A DNA stretch of 64,000 nt from assembly GCF_009914755.1 (NCBI RefSeq), contig NC_060933.1. One strand, 5' to 3'. Below the pieces are notes generated by a model. That model saw only the letters and a list, made by a program, of their open reading frames with translations. It had not been told where the DNA came from and made no database searches. This document shows, piece after piece, positions 39,624 through 52,689 of the stretch. A program made the translations under genes and the position numbers. Within the stretch, counting starts at the first letter, position 1; every line of letters begins with the position of its first letter. This stretch comes from the human T2T-CHM13v2.0 reference genome, Homo sapiens.

Positions 39624-40739
39624 AAGAACCACAAAAAACTGAGATGGCAAATGACAAGGGGAAGACCTATTTCATTTGGGCTGGTTAGGGAAGGCCACCC
39701 AGAGCATGGGTGCAGAGCTGACACTCAAAGGGAAAAGAGCCACTCATGTCAGAAGTGAGGAGAAGGGCCTTCCAGGAAGAAGGAGCATCGTGTGCAAAGG
39801 CCCTGGGGCTGGAAAGAGTGCAGCACGCATGAAAGACTGGAATAATAGCAGGTGGCCAGACTATAGCAAGAGCAGGACAGAACAGTGGGTATTGAACCTA
39901 GACAGGGAGTTGGGAACCATGTCCTGCAAGGCCTTAAAGGTCATTTAAGGATCTGAGTTTCTATCCTAATTGCAGTGGGACCCACTGTAAGGGAGTCCAT
40001 TGAAATAGACAATAGGAAGATATTGTCTTACGAATGTTGGGTTCTGACCTACCATATTAGCACTTTCTCCTCTGCTTGGTCAAAAACCAAGACATTCATA
40101 AGACAATTTTCTGTTCTTTTCCCATTTAGGGAACATAATGGCCTAGAGATGGTGAAGAAGGCAGAGAATGGGAAGAAGGAGCAGATGTTTCCTCCCCATT
40201 GTCTACCTTCCTAGGCCCAAGGAACATGTGTAAGTGTAAGTGAAGGTGGGGAGAGAACGGGGCAGGGAGGACAGTTAGGGAGGGTGACTCTTGTCCCTAC
40301 AATCCAAGGAATATTTTCAGAAGGGTCCAAGAAACAAAAACCTTCTGTGCTTCTAAATGGCACTATGAACATGTTCCCCTAAAGCAGAAGGGTTGGGGCT
40401 AAAAAGAGTTCTCGCTGCCTCTTGCATCTCTGACACTTCCTTACCAGGCCAGCACTGTTTGCATTACTGAAGCACTGAGATAACCAGGAGGCAGGTTTTT
40501 TTCAGGATTATCCTTTTCCTTAATCCCCTTGTCCAGTGTCCTGAAATTTTCCTCTGGTTGATTGATGATGTCTGTCTCATTTTCTGCTTTACCACGCTGG
40601 GCAAACCACCCTGACCCAGGCTTTCAGAGATAGACACTGGCAACATGAACTATTGGAGGCAAGAGTTCACCAGGGATCTTTTAAATGCTAGGTGAGTCAG
40701 GGGTCACCACTGCCATCCCTGCTTGGGCCTCCTCTCTGG

Positions 40740-41390
40740 GCTCCCTGCTACTACTCTAAGGGTACGCCATCCACCATGCACACAGCAGCCAACGTGAGTT
40801 ATCACTTTTAATACAAATCAGACCTGTGACTGCTCTGTTCAAATGCTCCAGTGTTTTCCCCAGGATGTCTGAAATGAAATCTAAACTTCTCCCCATGGTC
40901 TGGTAGGCCCCCAACCCACCTATTGGACCTTGGCTGTAGCCCATCTTCTTCTCCCGGGTTGAGCTCTGGCCACACTGGCCTTGACCACTGTGTGCCAGGC
41001 CCCAAGGCCTTTCCATTTACTCTTCTTTTCCCAGGACACTCTGTCCACACCTTTGCATAGCTCAGTCCCTATCATTCAGGTCTTGGCTCAAATGTCCATC
41101 TTCACAGGGTTCTTCCTAGACCACCATGTCTAATAGAACCTACCCCATGTCTCGTCCTTCTCTAAAACAGCATCGTGGTTCGTTGTTTTAGAGAAATTAT
41201 ATGCATTTGGAATGACCTTGCTCAAGTACTTCTTTATCCCCTTATGTTTACTTATCTCTGCACTAAACTTTCTGTTCCTAGAAAGCAGGTTGTTTCTTGT
41301 TTTATTCCCTGCTCTGCCCCTAGTGCCTGGAACAGGTGCCAAATAAATATTTGATGAATAAATGAAAGAATGAACAAATGAATGAATAAA
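40740..41390 (+). mobile_element. L2a 3' region with tail
   Basis: 'aaatcagacctgtgactgctctgttcaaatgctccagtg...aataaatatttgatgaataaatgaa'. Confidence 0.85.
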
Positions 41391-41419
41391 TATAATCTGT
41401 GTTGTGAGATCAATTCATC

Positions 41420-42790
41420 AAACACATCTTAAAACACACACCATTAGAATCTTACCTCTAGTCAAATCACCTTTATTTCAGAGGAACAAACTGAAGGTCA
41501 AGGGGATAACTTCTCAAGGTCATACTGTGGGTAAATGGCCAGAACTCCAGTCCTCCTCAGCCAATTCGAAATTCTTTCCCTTCCCAAAGGCAGTAGCTGA
41601 GATATGAAGACCTCCAAATCCATAACTCCTTCCTGGCTTCTCTTGAGCCCTAAATCTCTTGGCTCTTGCCATTGGAGGGCCCACAGGTACCTCCAGCCAG
41701 TGTGCCCAAGCCTGGACTCCATATCTCCTGGTCCCTCCTGTGGGTGCCATGTTGAAGAAGATGCTCTTCTCCTCTTCTCCCTCACTCAGCATCCCCTCCC
41801 TGGATAGTCTCATCCCTCCCATGGCTTCAGTTCTGACCCACAAATCCAAGGTTCCCAAATCAGTTCTCTAGCCTGGGCTCTCTCCTGAGTCCCATATCCA
41901 CAGAGCCACTAGCTGATAGGCATCTCTCCCACTGACCAGCAGCCCCTCCTCCTCAAAAGGTTCCCAGTAGAGCTCATCATCTCCCCCCACTCCCATATCA
42001 CTTCTCCTCCCCTGGGCTGCCCATGACCTCCCTGCCAGAACCTAGACATCATCCTCCACTCCTTCCCTCTTCCCAGCCCACCCCTCTACCCAATAACAAC
42101 TGAGTTCTATCCATATTCTCTCACTGCAGCTCTGTGCCCTGTGTAAAGGTTGTGTCCTCTGAGGGGCACCTCAGTCTGGACCCAAGCAGGGACTCCTGGC
42201 CAAGCCATTGAGCCCTGACTCAGGGCTGCAACTATCTGGAGAAAGGGATGCCTTTTTCTTATTTGTATAAAGACACTGTATGCCTCATGCTTTGTGTCAA
42301 TAGGGTTGAAGTCCTGGAACCCAGGAATTGAAGGGTACTCTTTCCTGGCTGTTCCTCCCACCACTACTACTTAATCAAGTTGTTACCATTCCTCACTCAG
42401 ACCATGGGTCTAGTAAGTGGCTTAAACTGGTACCTCCTAACTGGACTTCCAGCCTCTAGCCTGGCCTACTCCAAGAGCAGATTGCCAGAGTGCTTTTCCT
42501 AACATGTGAAACTGACTGGAGCCCTTCCTTCCTTAAAACCCTGCACCCTACCTATCCAGTGCAACACCTCTAGTGTTGGGTTGTCCCTGGGGACTGAGAG
42601 ACCTTTGACCCAATCCACATCCTGGATTACACCCCTCATCCATGTATCTCCCACTACAGTGATTTCCTGTTTACCTGGCTACCTCCTCATCTAGACTCTA
42701 AAACCCTTGAAAGCAGAAACATCTCCCCAGTGTCCAGGGAAGTACCTGGCACAGGGTATGGAGTGAATAAACTAATGAATGAATAAATCA
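41420..42790. mobile_element. MIR (-, about 41420-41580) and L2 (+, about 41690-42790) containing a MER91A-like hAT element (about 42120-42297)
   Basis: MER91A-like 'gccaagccattgagccctg...gaaagggatgcctttttcttatttgtataaagacactgtatg'. Confidence 0.6.
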
Positions 42791-43082
42791 GTTATGAAGC
42801 TTCAGTTGGCCTTCTTGAAGATGTTGATGGCTGCCATTCATTGATGGCTGCTGATGAGAGGGAAGGAAGCAGGGTAGGCCTGTGGGCACGAGCTTGGGGA
42901 AGGAGCATGGATCAGCTACCTATAGCAACACTCCCTAGCCAGCCCACCTAGGGGTCCAGAGGATGTGAGAGGCTGTTTCACAGAGGGTGGGTTACACCCA
43001 GCTAAAGAGCCTTCCTCTTGACACCACTTCTCAGAGCTGTAATATGCTGAGGAGAACTGCCAGTTTCACAAAGTACAAACAC

Positions 43083-43229
43083 ATGAATTTTCTCAATTCT
43101 AAAACATTGATATGAGACACCTCTGAAATCAGCATGCCTCCTACAATGGCTGTACATAATTTTTTTCTCTTTGTTTCCAAAAGGCTGTTGTTAAGTTAAT
43201 GATGTGTCACTTGATTCATGGGCTCTTAG
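43083..43229. mobile_element. MER104/Kanga-like TcMar-Tc2 element
   Basis: Imperfect inverted termini (ctcaattctaa...ttagaatcaag); 'acctctgaaatcagcatg'. Confidence 0.55.
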
Positions 43230-43255
43230 AATCAAGGACCAATGATACTATGTGT

Positions 43256-43382
43256 AGGGCCACTCTATACTCTGATCACCCTACAGACCTGGTTTGTGCC
43301 TGTTGCCCCAGTGTAATTATTAATAGCTGCCCCCTGCACTCTCAAATGTCCCAGTTCGAATGATAAATGACATGATCACCCC
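43256..43382 (-). mobile_element. MER81 hAT-Blackjack MITE
   Basis: 'gcctgttgccccagtgtaattattaatagctgccccctgcactctcaaatgtccc'; taggg...accc termini. Confidence 0.75.
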
Positions 43383-44049
43383 GTTGATAGAGCACTAAAA
43401 AAAAAGCTGCCTTTAGGAGCCCCAACTCCTCACCAATGGATGACCAGGATGCTTTACTTAGGAACCATCTGTCCTATAGTCTTTGCACATTTTTCTCGTA
43501 CCCATCTGTCAAAACAAGCCATCATATTTCAAAAGTTCTTTTCAGCTCCTTGACACAACTTCCCTGATTCTCCCCTGGAAGGCATGTGATGATGACAAAA
43601 TGACCAAAGGTCTTTCTGCCAGCTCCTAAGCAGTGCTTCCAAACCCTTCCCCAGAATGATAAGTCCCTGAAGCCAGAAAAGCAGAAAGTTGTGACCCCAG
43701 GAGGCCCGCAGGCACTGCCCTCAGCTCCCAAAAGAGGTTCTGAATTCTGAATTTTCAAGTGAAACACATAGAATTCTCCATCTATATTAAAGTATATGCA
43801 AGTCTGTTTAACTTGAAAACTATGCTTTAAGTTAGTTGCCAAGGTATAAAACTGAACCACCTGGAAGATGCTCTATGTTTATTCTGGGGATCTGGATACC
43901 CCCCTGCAAAGCTTCTCAGAAAGGCAATCCCAGAGGCCTTTGCTTTTATCAGATGGGAACTGCTTGCTGAGAGTGGAAAGATGAATTTTCACCCAGAAAC
44001 TCCGCATAGCAAGCAACCTGAACAGAAAAGAAACTAACTCCACTGGGCA

Positions 44050-44215
44050 TCTGTGATATGTTGGGCATCATTTCATCAAATCACAATTCTGGAGTAAGCA
44101 TCATTATCCCCATATTACAGATGAGGAAACAAAGTGCAGTGAGGTTAAGTAACTTATATAAGGTCTCACAAAAATAAAGAGCACAGAGGAAATGCGAAAT
44201 CCAGGACCCTACGAT
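44050..44215 (-). mobile_element. MIR
   Basis: 'attatccccatattacagatgaggaaac...gaggttaagtaactt'. Confidence 0.85.
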
Positions 44216-45119
44216 TCTAAGAAAGGATTTCTCCTGTCTCAGGAGCCCCACGATGCTGAAGTTTCCCTTGTCTGTCTCCTCCGCAGTTTATTGAAGTGCT
44301 CTTAGGACAAGATGTGTCTCCCACCTCGGGTTTCTCATCATCTTCACTGTCACTTTGAGTTTCTCTCTTTAAATCAACTTCCCAGGGCTCTCCTGAGAGA
44401 TTTGAAGAAAGAAAAAATTTTAAAGTCTCCATGTCTATTTGTAGCTCTAAAAGCTGGTTTGTATTTAGAGGAGATTATTTTGTAAGATTAAAAAAAAAAA
44501 GTTGCTGAAAATGTGGAAAACTACTATAGATAAAATGCATTTATTCTGAGATATGATCTGTTGGATTCTCTACTACCAAAGTGGGGGAAAAACAGGTGGT
44601 ACTCCAGAAAAATATTCACAGATGGAAAATGTATAAATGGTAATTCACCAAAAACAACTGCAATCGTGACTTTTAAAATATGATGCTGGTTTCTTTTTTA
44701 GGGCCAATGCATTACATTGAAAACCTTGGAACTCCCTGGATAACGAATGTTTGGCTAATTAGATGCTAAATCCCAGGGAAAAGGCATGGATGGAGAAAAG
44801 GGGCTCACCGTGATATGTTAATCTATGTGTTCAGTGATTTGGGCTTGGATTTTATCGAAGAGCAATATGGTACAGCAAGAGACATCTGAGCTAAACCAAA
44901 CCATTCCACATAAAGCACATTCCTCTCCATAGGCTTCCTTGTCACTGCCATGAAAGCCTGAGGTTAGTAGAAACTGAGTCATACCATTCCCAAGGCTACT
45001 CAAAATTTTCTGTATCTCCTTCCACTCAATCTTTGTGGGTTGCAATTAAAGTATAAAACAATCCTTCTTGTCCTGGATTGAAAAGAGTGCAATAATACTA
45101 GGAAAAGAACTGGTTTTTC

Positions 45120-45420
45120 CTGCCTGCTTGGCAAACTCCTACTCATACTTCAAAGTCCTATTAAAATATACCTCCTACAAGATACCACTCTCCAGGAAGT
45201 CATTCTCTTCCTACTAGGTGTCCCCTCTGCTCTTTATACATCCCTCTTTTGAAGCTCCTATCTTGCCACAGGAATCATTTTTGTTTGTGACTTGGTTTCA
45301 CTCGATAGACTATGAGGTCCTTAGTATCTAGCATTAAAAGTGCCTAGTATAAGGCTTAGAATACAGAAGCTGCTCAATAAATGCTAAGTGGATGAATTAG
45401 TAAATGAATGAATGAAATAA
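45120..45420 (+). mobile_element. L2 3' end
   Basis: 'gctcaataaatgctaagtggatgaattagtaaatgaatgaatgaa'. Confidence 0.8.
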
Positions 45421-45555
45421 AACAATAGAACATGTGGACTAGAAATGAAACTGAAACACTTGGATTTCTTTTCCTCCCATGGGGCAGCTGTGTCTTTCAG
45501 AGTAATTCTTCAATATGACTTAACTCCACCTTACTATTCTTCCACTCATTCATTC

Positions 45556-45560
<5 letters not shown>

Positions 45561-45590
<30 letters not shown>
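45561..45590. repeat. Pure A30 tract
   Basis: Read directly. Confidence 0.97.
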
Positions 45591-45593
<3 letters not shown>

Positions 45594-45749
45594 GCCCGAG
45601 TACTCCCATCCTAGAATCTGTGGGGCTAAATTAACCTGAAAGATAACAGACTTGGATCGTGCCCCATGAGCCTCATACTCCTGCAAATGTCCTCCCAGAT
45701 GGATGGCAGATTTATCAAGAATGATTTCCCATGGCAAGACCCTCTCCAC

Positions 45750-46190
45750 TGCTACAGTGGACACTGTTGTATGCCTCCCAGGTGCCCCTCTGGGACCAAG
45801 GCACTCATTCCCCTAGCTTCCTCTGGGAGCACTGGCTCCTGGTGGCTCACAAAGCCTCCTTCTCCAGGAATTGCCCTTAGCCAAAAGGAGCTGCCTTATG
45901 CATAGTCACGCCCCCTCGTCAGGGGCAGGCTGCTTCCATGTGAAGGTGCAAAGAACTAGCCACTTTATCTTGATTAAGAGCAACTCTGAAGGACCATCCC
46001 AGCTTCAGGGTTTCCTACAGGATCAGCGGAGGTCTCTGCTGCACACACATTGCAGCTCAAGTCTTTCCTCTGCCCAGTCCTGCTTCCCTTTCTCTCTTGT
46101 GGGAGTCATCCCAAGATCTAAATTGAACCAATACTTCCTGCTTGCAAATCTCTTTCTCAGAGTCCATCTTCAAGAAACCTAATATAAGAC
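45750..46190 (+). mobile_element. LTR16C-like ERVL solo LTR
   Basis: 'ggaattgcccttagccaaaaggagctgcc...caactctgaaggaccatcccagc...gcaaatctctttctcagagtc...taagaca'. Confidence 0.8.
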
Positions 46191-46552
46191 AGCTACCTCC
46201 CCTCCGCACCAAATGGATCCATTTCCAAACCATGTGGGCATCTTTTGAGGTAAAATCTGGTAGTTTCAAGATGATTTTGCCTAAGGACTTGTCAGCATCA
46301 CTGTTACCGCTATTGGAACCATGGGGGGAAAGGTAGAGTCTTCTTTCAAGAGCTGTTGCCAATTACATTAAACATTTTTTTCTAAAGTCCTTTCATTCTT
46401 TTTTCTCTTTCTTTATCATATGTTTCAGGAATACAAATTTTATATCTGTTTTTAGATCTCCTATACATATCACCAAAACAACAATAAGCAAATAACAAAC
46501 AACAACAAACCTATCTAGCTCCTTTAAAAAAGCCTGAAGTTTTTGGGTCCTA

Positions 46553-47273
46553 TTACTTTGCACCTGTTAAAATGGCTATTATCCCCCCAAAAATGGTACT
46601 GACAAGGATGTGGAGAAATTGGAACCCTTGTACACTGCTGTTGGGAATGTAAAATGATGCAGCCACTGTGGAAGTCAGTATGAAGATTCCTCAAAAAATT
46701 AAAAATAGAAATACCATATGATCCAGCAATCCCACTCCTGGAAATTTACCCAAAAGAGTTGAAATTGGGATCTCAGTGAGATATTAGCACTCCCATGTTT
46801 ATTGTAGCATTATTCACAATAACCAAGATGTGAAAACAATCTAAATGTCCATTGATGGATAAATGGGTAAAGAAAATGTGGTATATGCATACAGTGGAAT
46901 ATTATTCAGCCTTTTATAAAAGGAAATATTGCAATATGAGACAACATGGATGAACCTGGAGGATATTATGCTAAGTGAAATAAGCTGGTCACAGAAGGAC
47001 AAATACTGCATGATTCCACTTATACGAGGGATCTAAAATAGTTAAACTCATAGAAGCAGAGAGTAGAATAGCAGTTGCCAGGAATGAGGGGAGGGGGAAA
47101 TGGGGAGCTGCTAATCAGTGGGCATAAAGTTTCAGTTATATAAGATGGATAGGTTCTAGAGACCTGCTGTACAGCATGGTGCCTATGGTCAACGATACTG
47201 TATTATGCACTTAAATATCTGTTAAGAGAGTAGATCTCATGTTAAGTGTTCTTACATAATAAAATAAAAATAA
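46553..47273 (+). mobile_element. L1MB (MB2-4-like) 3' end
   Basis: 'gatgtggagaaattggaacccttgtacactg...gttaagagagtagatctcatgttaagtgttctta', A-rich tail. Confidence 0.88.
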
Positions 47274-47369
47274 ATGTGTGGAGTCTCTGGGCAGTTTTTT
47301 ACTTTTACAATAATCTATAAAAAATAGAGCTTTATGGAGTTAGAGGTTAGGTTTTTCCTTCACAAAAGA

Positions 47370-47950
47370 ATTTTTCACTTTCTTGAAATCTTGGAATGAC
47401 ACCTCTATTTTACAGAAGGGGAAACTGAAGTTGAGAGAAGACATTCCCAAGGTCACACAGTGAGTTATTAGAAAGGGCAGAACTTGGTGGTTTGTTTCCA
47501 AACTCATCCAGAGTGTTTGTCCCATCACTAGCTCTTGCTTGATATCATGGGAGTCCCAAACCTTGGAATTTACAAGAGTCACTGAGAAACTGTTAAAATG
47601 CAGATTTCTGTACTATTCCAATAGAGAATCTGATTCGGAAGCCTGAGGTGGACCTTGGAATCTTCATTTTAAATATGCACATTATACTCCAAGGTCATTT
47701 GGGGAAACCCCTTTTGAGAAACACTAATTTTGAATAATGAAACTTTACTACTGGAAAAGCCTTAGAAGCTGCTTGCCCAACTCCATCAAGGCAGAAGTTC
47801 CTTCAGCAATACTAGCACATTTCCAAAGATGGTAAGCTCACTACCTACCAACGAAGTCCTCTCCATAGGAGAGGCCTCTCAGGAAATACCCTCTGATCAC
47901 TGAGTTGACCTCTACCTCCAAGAAGTAGGAAAACTCTCCTGTGAGTTCTA
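47370..47950. mobile_element. MIR (-), MER5-like hAT (about 47550-47726) and a possible L3/CR1 relic
   Basis: MER5 'gttaaaatgcagatt...tctgattc...tttgagaaacact'. Confidence 0.6.
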
Positions 47951-48303
47951 CCTCTTCCCCATCTATGAGACAAATCTCTTCAGCCTTATCTGCTCCAACC
48001 TCCAGAAGCATAGTAGTTGCTCACTAAATACTTGAATTAAAGAGAGAGGAAAGTGATATAAGCATGAACAAGTGTGAATGAATCAGGCATTTTAATGTAG
48101 CCCTGTGCTTGGCACACAGGAGGATTGCAATAAGCGTTTTAACTATTTAACGTTGAATAATACAGGTCTATCATAAAATAGGCTAGCACTGTGGCTAAGA
48201 GCTACAGTGCTAAGATTCCTGGGTTTGAATCCTAGCTCTAAAATTTCTCTATGTGGCAAATTACTTAAACTCTACAAGCCTGTGTTTGGGCATCTGAAAA
48301 ATA

Positions 48304-48755
48304 GGAACCAACCCAAATGTCCAACAATGATAGACTGGATTAAGAAAATGTGGCACACATACACCATGGAATACTATGCAGCCATAAAAAATGATGCATT
48401 CATGTCCTTTGTAGGGACATGGATGAAATTGGAAATCATCATTCTCAGTAAACTATCACAAGAACAAAAAACCAAACACTGCATATTCTCACTCTTAGGT
48501 GGGAATTGAACAATGAGAACACATGGACACAGGAAGGGAAACATCACACTCTGGGGACTGTTGTGGGGTGGGGGGAAGGGGGAGGGATAGCATTAGGAGA
48601 TATACCTAATGCTAAATGATGAGTTAATGGGTGCAGCACACCAGCATGGCGCATGTATACATATGTAACTAACCTGCACATTGTGCACATGTAACCTAAA
48701 ACTTAAAGTGTAATAATAATAAACAAATAAATAAATTTATCTCACCAAAAAAAAT
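48304..48755 (+). mobile_element. L1PA3-like truncated 3' end inserted in a MIR (+, about 48180-49100)
   Basis: 'gcattaggagatatacctaatgctaaatgatgagttaatggg'; TSD aaataggaa 48299-48307 / 48756-48764. Confidence 0.92.
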
Positions 48756-48783
48756 AAATAGGAATAAAAAAAAATAGTATCTG

Positions 48784-49093
<310 letters not shown>

Positions 49094-49309
49094 TTAGCTG
49101 TGGATTTTACTTTTTCTTAGGCTAAACATTACCCTGGTTCCTGGGTTCTAAGCTCCAACACCCTTCCCAACAAGTCCTCCAGTTTGTCAACCCTCCAACC
49201 GAGTGAGTTACAAACCTAAACACAATTCTGCTTATGGCTGAGCCTTCCTGTTCACTGAACAAGAAGGGGTGGAGAAAATCCCTGTTTTTAATAAGGGTCC
49301 AGGGACTGC

Positions 49310-49995
49310 TAGGCAGACCAGTTGTACCAGAGCAAATGCTGCGTAACAGCAGAGGAAAAATATTTATTATATGATCAAAGCCTCAAAGACAGAAATGAAT
49401 GGTTTAGATTGATCCTGAGAGCAGTAGAAGCCCCTGAAGTTTCAGGAGTGGACTTCAGATAGTCCAGCCTAGATGAACGTGAGGGCAGGTTGGAGGAAAA
49501 GAGATTGGTGGATAGGCTGATCACGTTTGCCAAGTTCCCTCTCTTTCCCTGTGACTTCCTCACACAAGAATCCTTACAGTACTTTGATCGCTTTGAGCAC
49601 TTTCCTGCCTCTGAGCCTTTGTACATCCTCTTCCCTCTGCCTGCAACACCCTCCTCTACCCATTCATCTCACCCCTAGCTATATCTCTTCCACTGGGTCT
49701 TGACACCTACTCAGAGAGGCCTTCCCTGACCACCATATCTAATGAAACTTTCCCCGACACCATCATCGTTATTCTGCATCTCAGAATGCCATATCTTTCA
49801 AAGCATTTGCTGAAATATATAAATTTTCTATTTATTTATGCATTAATATTTCTCTCCCCCACAGATCATGAGATCTATGGAGGCAGAAAACTTTTCTTTC
49901 TGATTCATGGCTCCAGCCCCCTGCACAATGCCTAATACATAGTAGACAATCAATAAATACATTTTATTTCTGTTTATGGAGTGAATAAATAAAGT
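49310..49995. mobile_element. L2 fragments (- about 49310-49520; + about 49540-49995)
   Basis: 'ctcagagaggccttccctgaccacc...tgcctaatacatagtagacaatcaataaata'. Confidence 0.75.
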
Positions 49996-50299
49996 CAAGT
50001 TTCATAGTCTGGAAAAGGAGTAATGATTCATCCATTAAATTAAGGCAGGTAGGGCAGAAAAGCAAAGCAATACAAACAGATAGTTAAATTGCTAGATGGG
50101 TAGATAGATGGTAAAAAGGTTGTGGACCAGAGAGAAATTTGTGATTGGTGTGGAGAAAGAGAAGAGTCAAAAGTATTCTTGGACTTTCAGCCTGAGTAAC
50201 TGATTCACATATTTAGAATATAATTCACACATTTAAGCTACAAACATTCTTAAAATTCATCTATAAAAATGTGACAGACTGGATCACTGTTCACATTTC

Positions 50300-50729
50300 T
50301 TTACTCTCTCTCTCTGTTACGGAATTGCAGCCACACCCTTTGCCATGTGGCTCTGCAGTGCCACCCAATAAAGTAACTGCAGTATATCTCACCACCGCAT
50401 TAATGTTGGGCTTGCTATGTGACTTGCTGGAGCCAGCAGAAAGTTAGTAGACATGCTTATATGGCTTGGCTTGACCTCTTGCCCTATCAAGAAAAAAGTA
50501 TGACCCAGGGAGCTACTAATTTTTTAGCCTGGATCTTGGAATTAATTCATGTGGAGCAGACCTGAACCCAACCAGAAGTCTAGAGTGAGTCAACAAGCCC
50601 CATCTAGATCAGTCAAACCGCAGCCAATCAACAGACCCAAGAGTATATAACTGAACATGTGAGGCAAGCCTCTGAAATCTCAGAGCTATTTATTATTCAG
50701 CCTTATTGCAGCTGAAACTTATTAATATA
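50300..50729 (+). mobile_element. MLT1I-like MaLR LTR
   Basis: 'ctttgccatgtggctctgcagtgcc...catgtggagcagacctgaacccaacc'. Confidence 0.7.
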
Positions 50730-50730
50730 A

Positions 50731-51317
50731 GTGGTCAGCAAATATGGCCATTTTAAAACATGTTTGCAGATGCTTTGATACTTGTTTGACCTCTTCATTG
50801 AGAGGTGGACTCTTTTTTCTGTCTCCTTGAGTTTGGGCTTAAAACTGACAGAATGCCACAGAAGTGACAGTGTCTGACTTTGGAGATTAGGTAAGCAAAG
50901 GCCATGCAAGCTTTTGGATGGTTATTTTGGGATGTTCCCTTTCCTGACATCAGCCAGGGTGCTTCCACTCAGAATCCAGCCACCATGATAGGAGAGAAGC
51001 CCAGGCCACACGGGGAGGCAAGTGCACATGTTCTGATCAACCATCCCAGCAGAGCCCAGCCTTCAAGTGAGCCTAGCCCAGTGCCAGTCATATGAGTGAA
51101 GAAGCCCCCAGATGATCTCAGTTCCTAGCCATCAGTCACCTCCAGCCTTCATGTGTTCTCAGCTGAGGCCTTGGACATCGTGAAGCAGAGACAAACCATC
51201 CCTGCTGCCATCCCCCATTCAAATTCCCGGCTCACAAAATCTGTGAGTGTAGTAAACTGGTTGTTTTACTCCACTACATTTTAGGGTGGTTAGCTAATAG
51301 CACTAGTAACTGGGACA
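50731..51317 (+). mobile_element. MLT1G-like MaLR LTR
   Basis: 'cagctgaggccttggacatcgtgaagcagagacaaaccatccc...tagtaactgggaca'. Confidence 0.78.
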
Positions 51318-51699
51318 ACAAATAAAGGCCTCGTAGGCAAACAATTGCTTTCCCTTACCCATGCAGACCTCACTAACCAATCTTGCCACTCTTCATCATG
51401 AAACCTGAATAGAATCTCTGAATCCTTCTCAACAGAGTACTCCTGGGTAAACTCCATTGTTACTAGATCAAAATATCACCTACTTGCCATCCTAGAGTCT
51501 AATTGACTTTCTTTTTGTTGAAGTATTTGAGAAGACCCAAGTCATTGCTCTTTTCTCCCTGTCCGTGTCAGCTGAGAGAAGGTTAAAGATGCCCTGGCCT
51601 GAACCCTTTCTCTCAGCTTCCTATCCCATTCATTGGCTACATTTTACCTTTGCTGGCCTTCTTGGGGTGGCCATCTCTGAGCCTTTGCAGCCAGTATTA

Positions 51700-52005
51700 C
51701 CTCTGCCTATTGCATTCTTTATCCTACCTTGCTGTCTCCTGTGTGCTCCCCAGTCTCACCTCAAACATCACTTCCTCAAACAAGCCTGCCCCAAAACCAT
51801 TCATTCTCTTTCACACCACCCTGAACTTCCCTTTCTTTCACGGCATTCATCATAACTCTGATTAAATAATCATTTGTATAATTTGCTGTGTAATATCTGT
51901 ATCCCTCAATAAATAAACTATAAGCTCCACGAGGGAGCTGTGTCATTTTGATCTCTGTGATATATGGCAGGTGCTACAGTAATATTTATTGAGTGGGTAA
52001 ATGAG
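51700..52005 (+). mobile_element. L2 3' fragment
   Basis: 'ctataagctccacgaggg...aatatttattgagtggg'. Confidence 0.65.
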
Positions 52006-52249
52006 GGTAAGTAGGGCTCTGAAGCCTTTAACCAGAAAGGATCCCTTGGTCAGCTTGTTCCAGCTCCATGATCTTCCTTTTTCATCTCCCTAAGGATCAG
52101 ACATCTAGTCATCTTTCCCCCAACATCTCCAGTCACCTACTCACCTGCGGGTCTCTGTTAGTCACTTTTGTGACTAACTGGCCTTTAAAGTCAAAAAATT
52201 TCAACTTCGGGGGGGATCTCTATACAGGACATGTTTCTCAAGGCAGCCA

Positions 52250-52600
52250 GAACTGATGATTGCACTGTGTGGGATGAACACAAACAAGCCTTTTTGTAAT
52301 GACAGTTTAATATCTTCATCTTCTGCGTGGAACTCCAGCCAATTAATATTCAGTAGATAAGAAAATGCTCCAGAATAATAGTAAACTATCCATAATTAAG
52401 TCCAGCCTGCAACCAAAGGGTTTCCTTGCTGCTTTAGGGGGAGAAGTGGTAATTGGATTAGCACTGGAAATAAATGACTTGGGTACCCAGTGTCTGGGGC
52501 CACAGAAGTCTATGGGGCCAGTGTAGCCCAGGGACTTAATTAATGTCTTGATTCTGGCTCATAGTGGGTTAATAGGAATTAACATGTGGCCAGACTTCTG
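52250..52600. promoter_or_regulatory. Candidate homeodomain-rich enhancer
   Basis: TAATGACAG 52297, CCAATTAA 52339, ATAATTAA 52392, TAATTGGATTA 52450, TTAATTAA 52536. Confidence 0.35.
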
Positions 52601-52689
52601 ACTTGTTGAGTTTAGGGCCAATTTCATGCAGTGACTGCAATATAGGAGACATTCAATAAATATTTGAAGTAATTAATTATTCAATTGTG

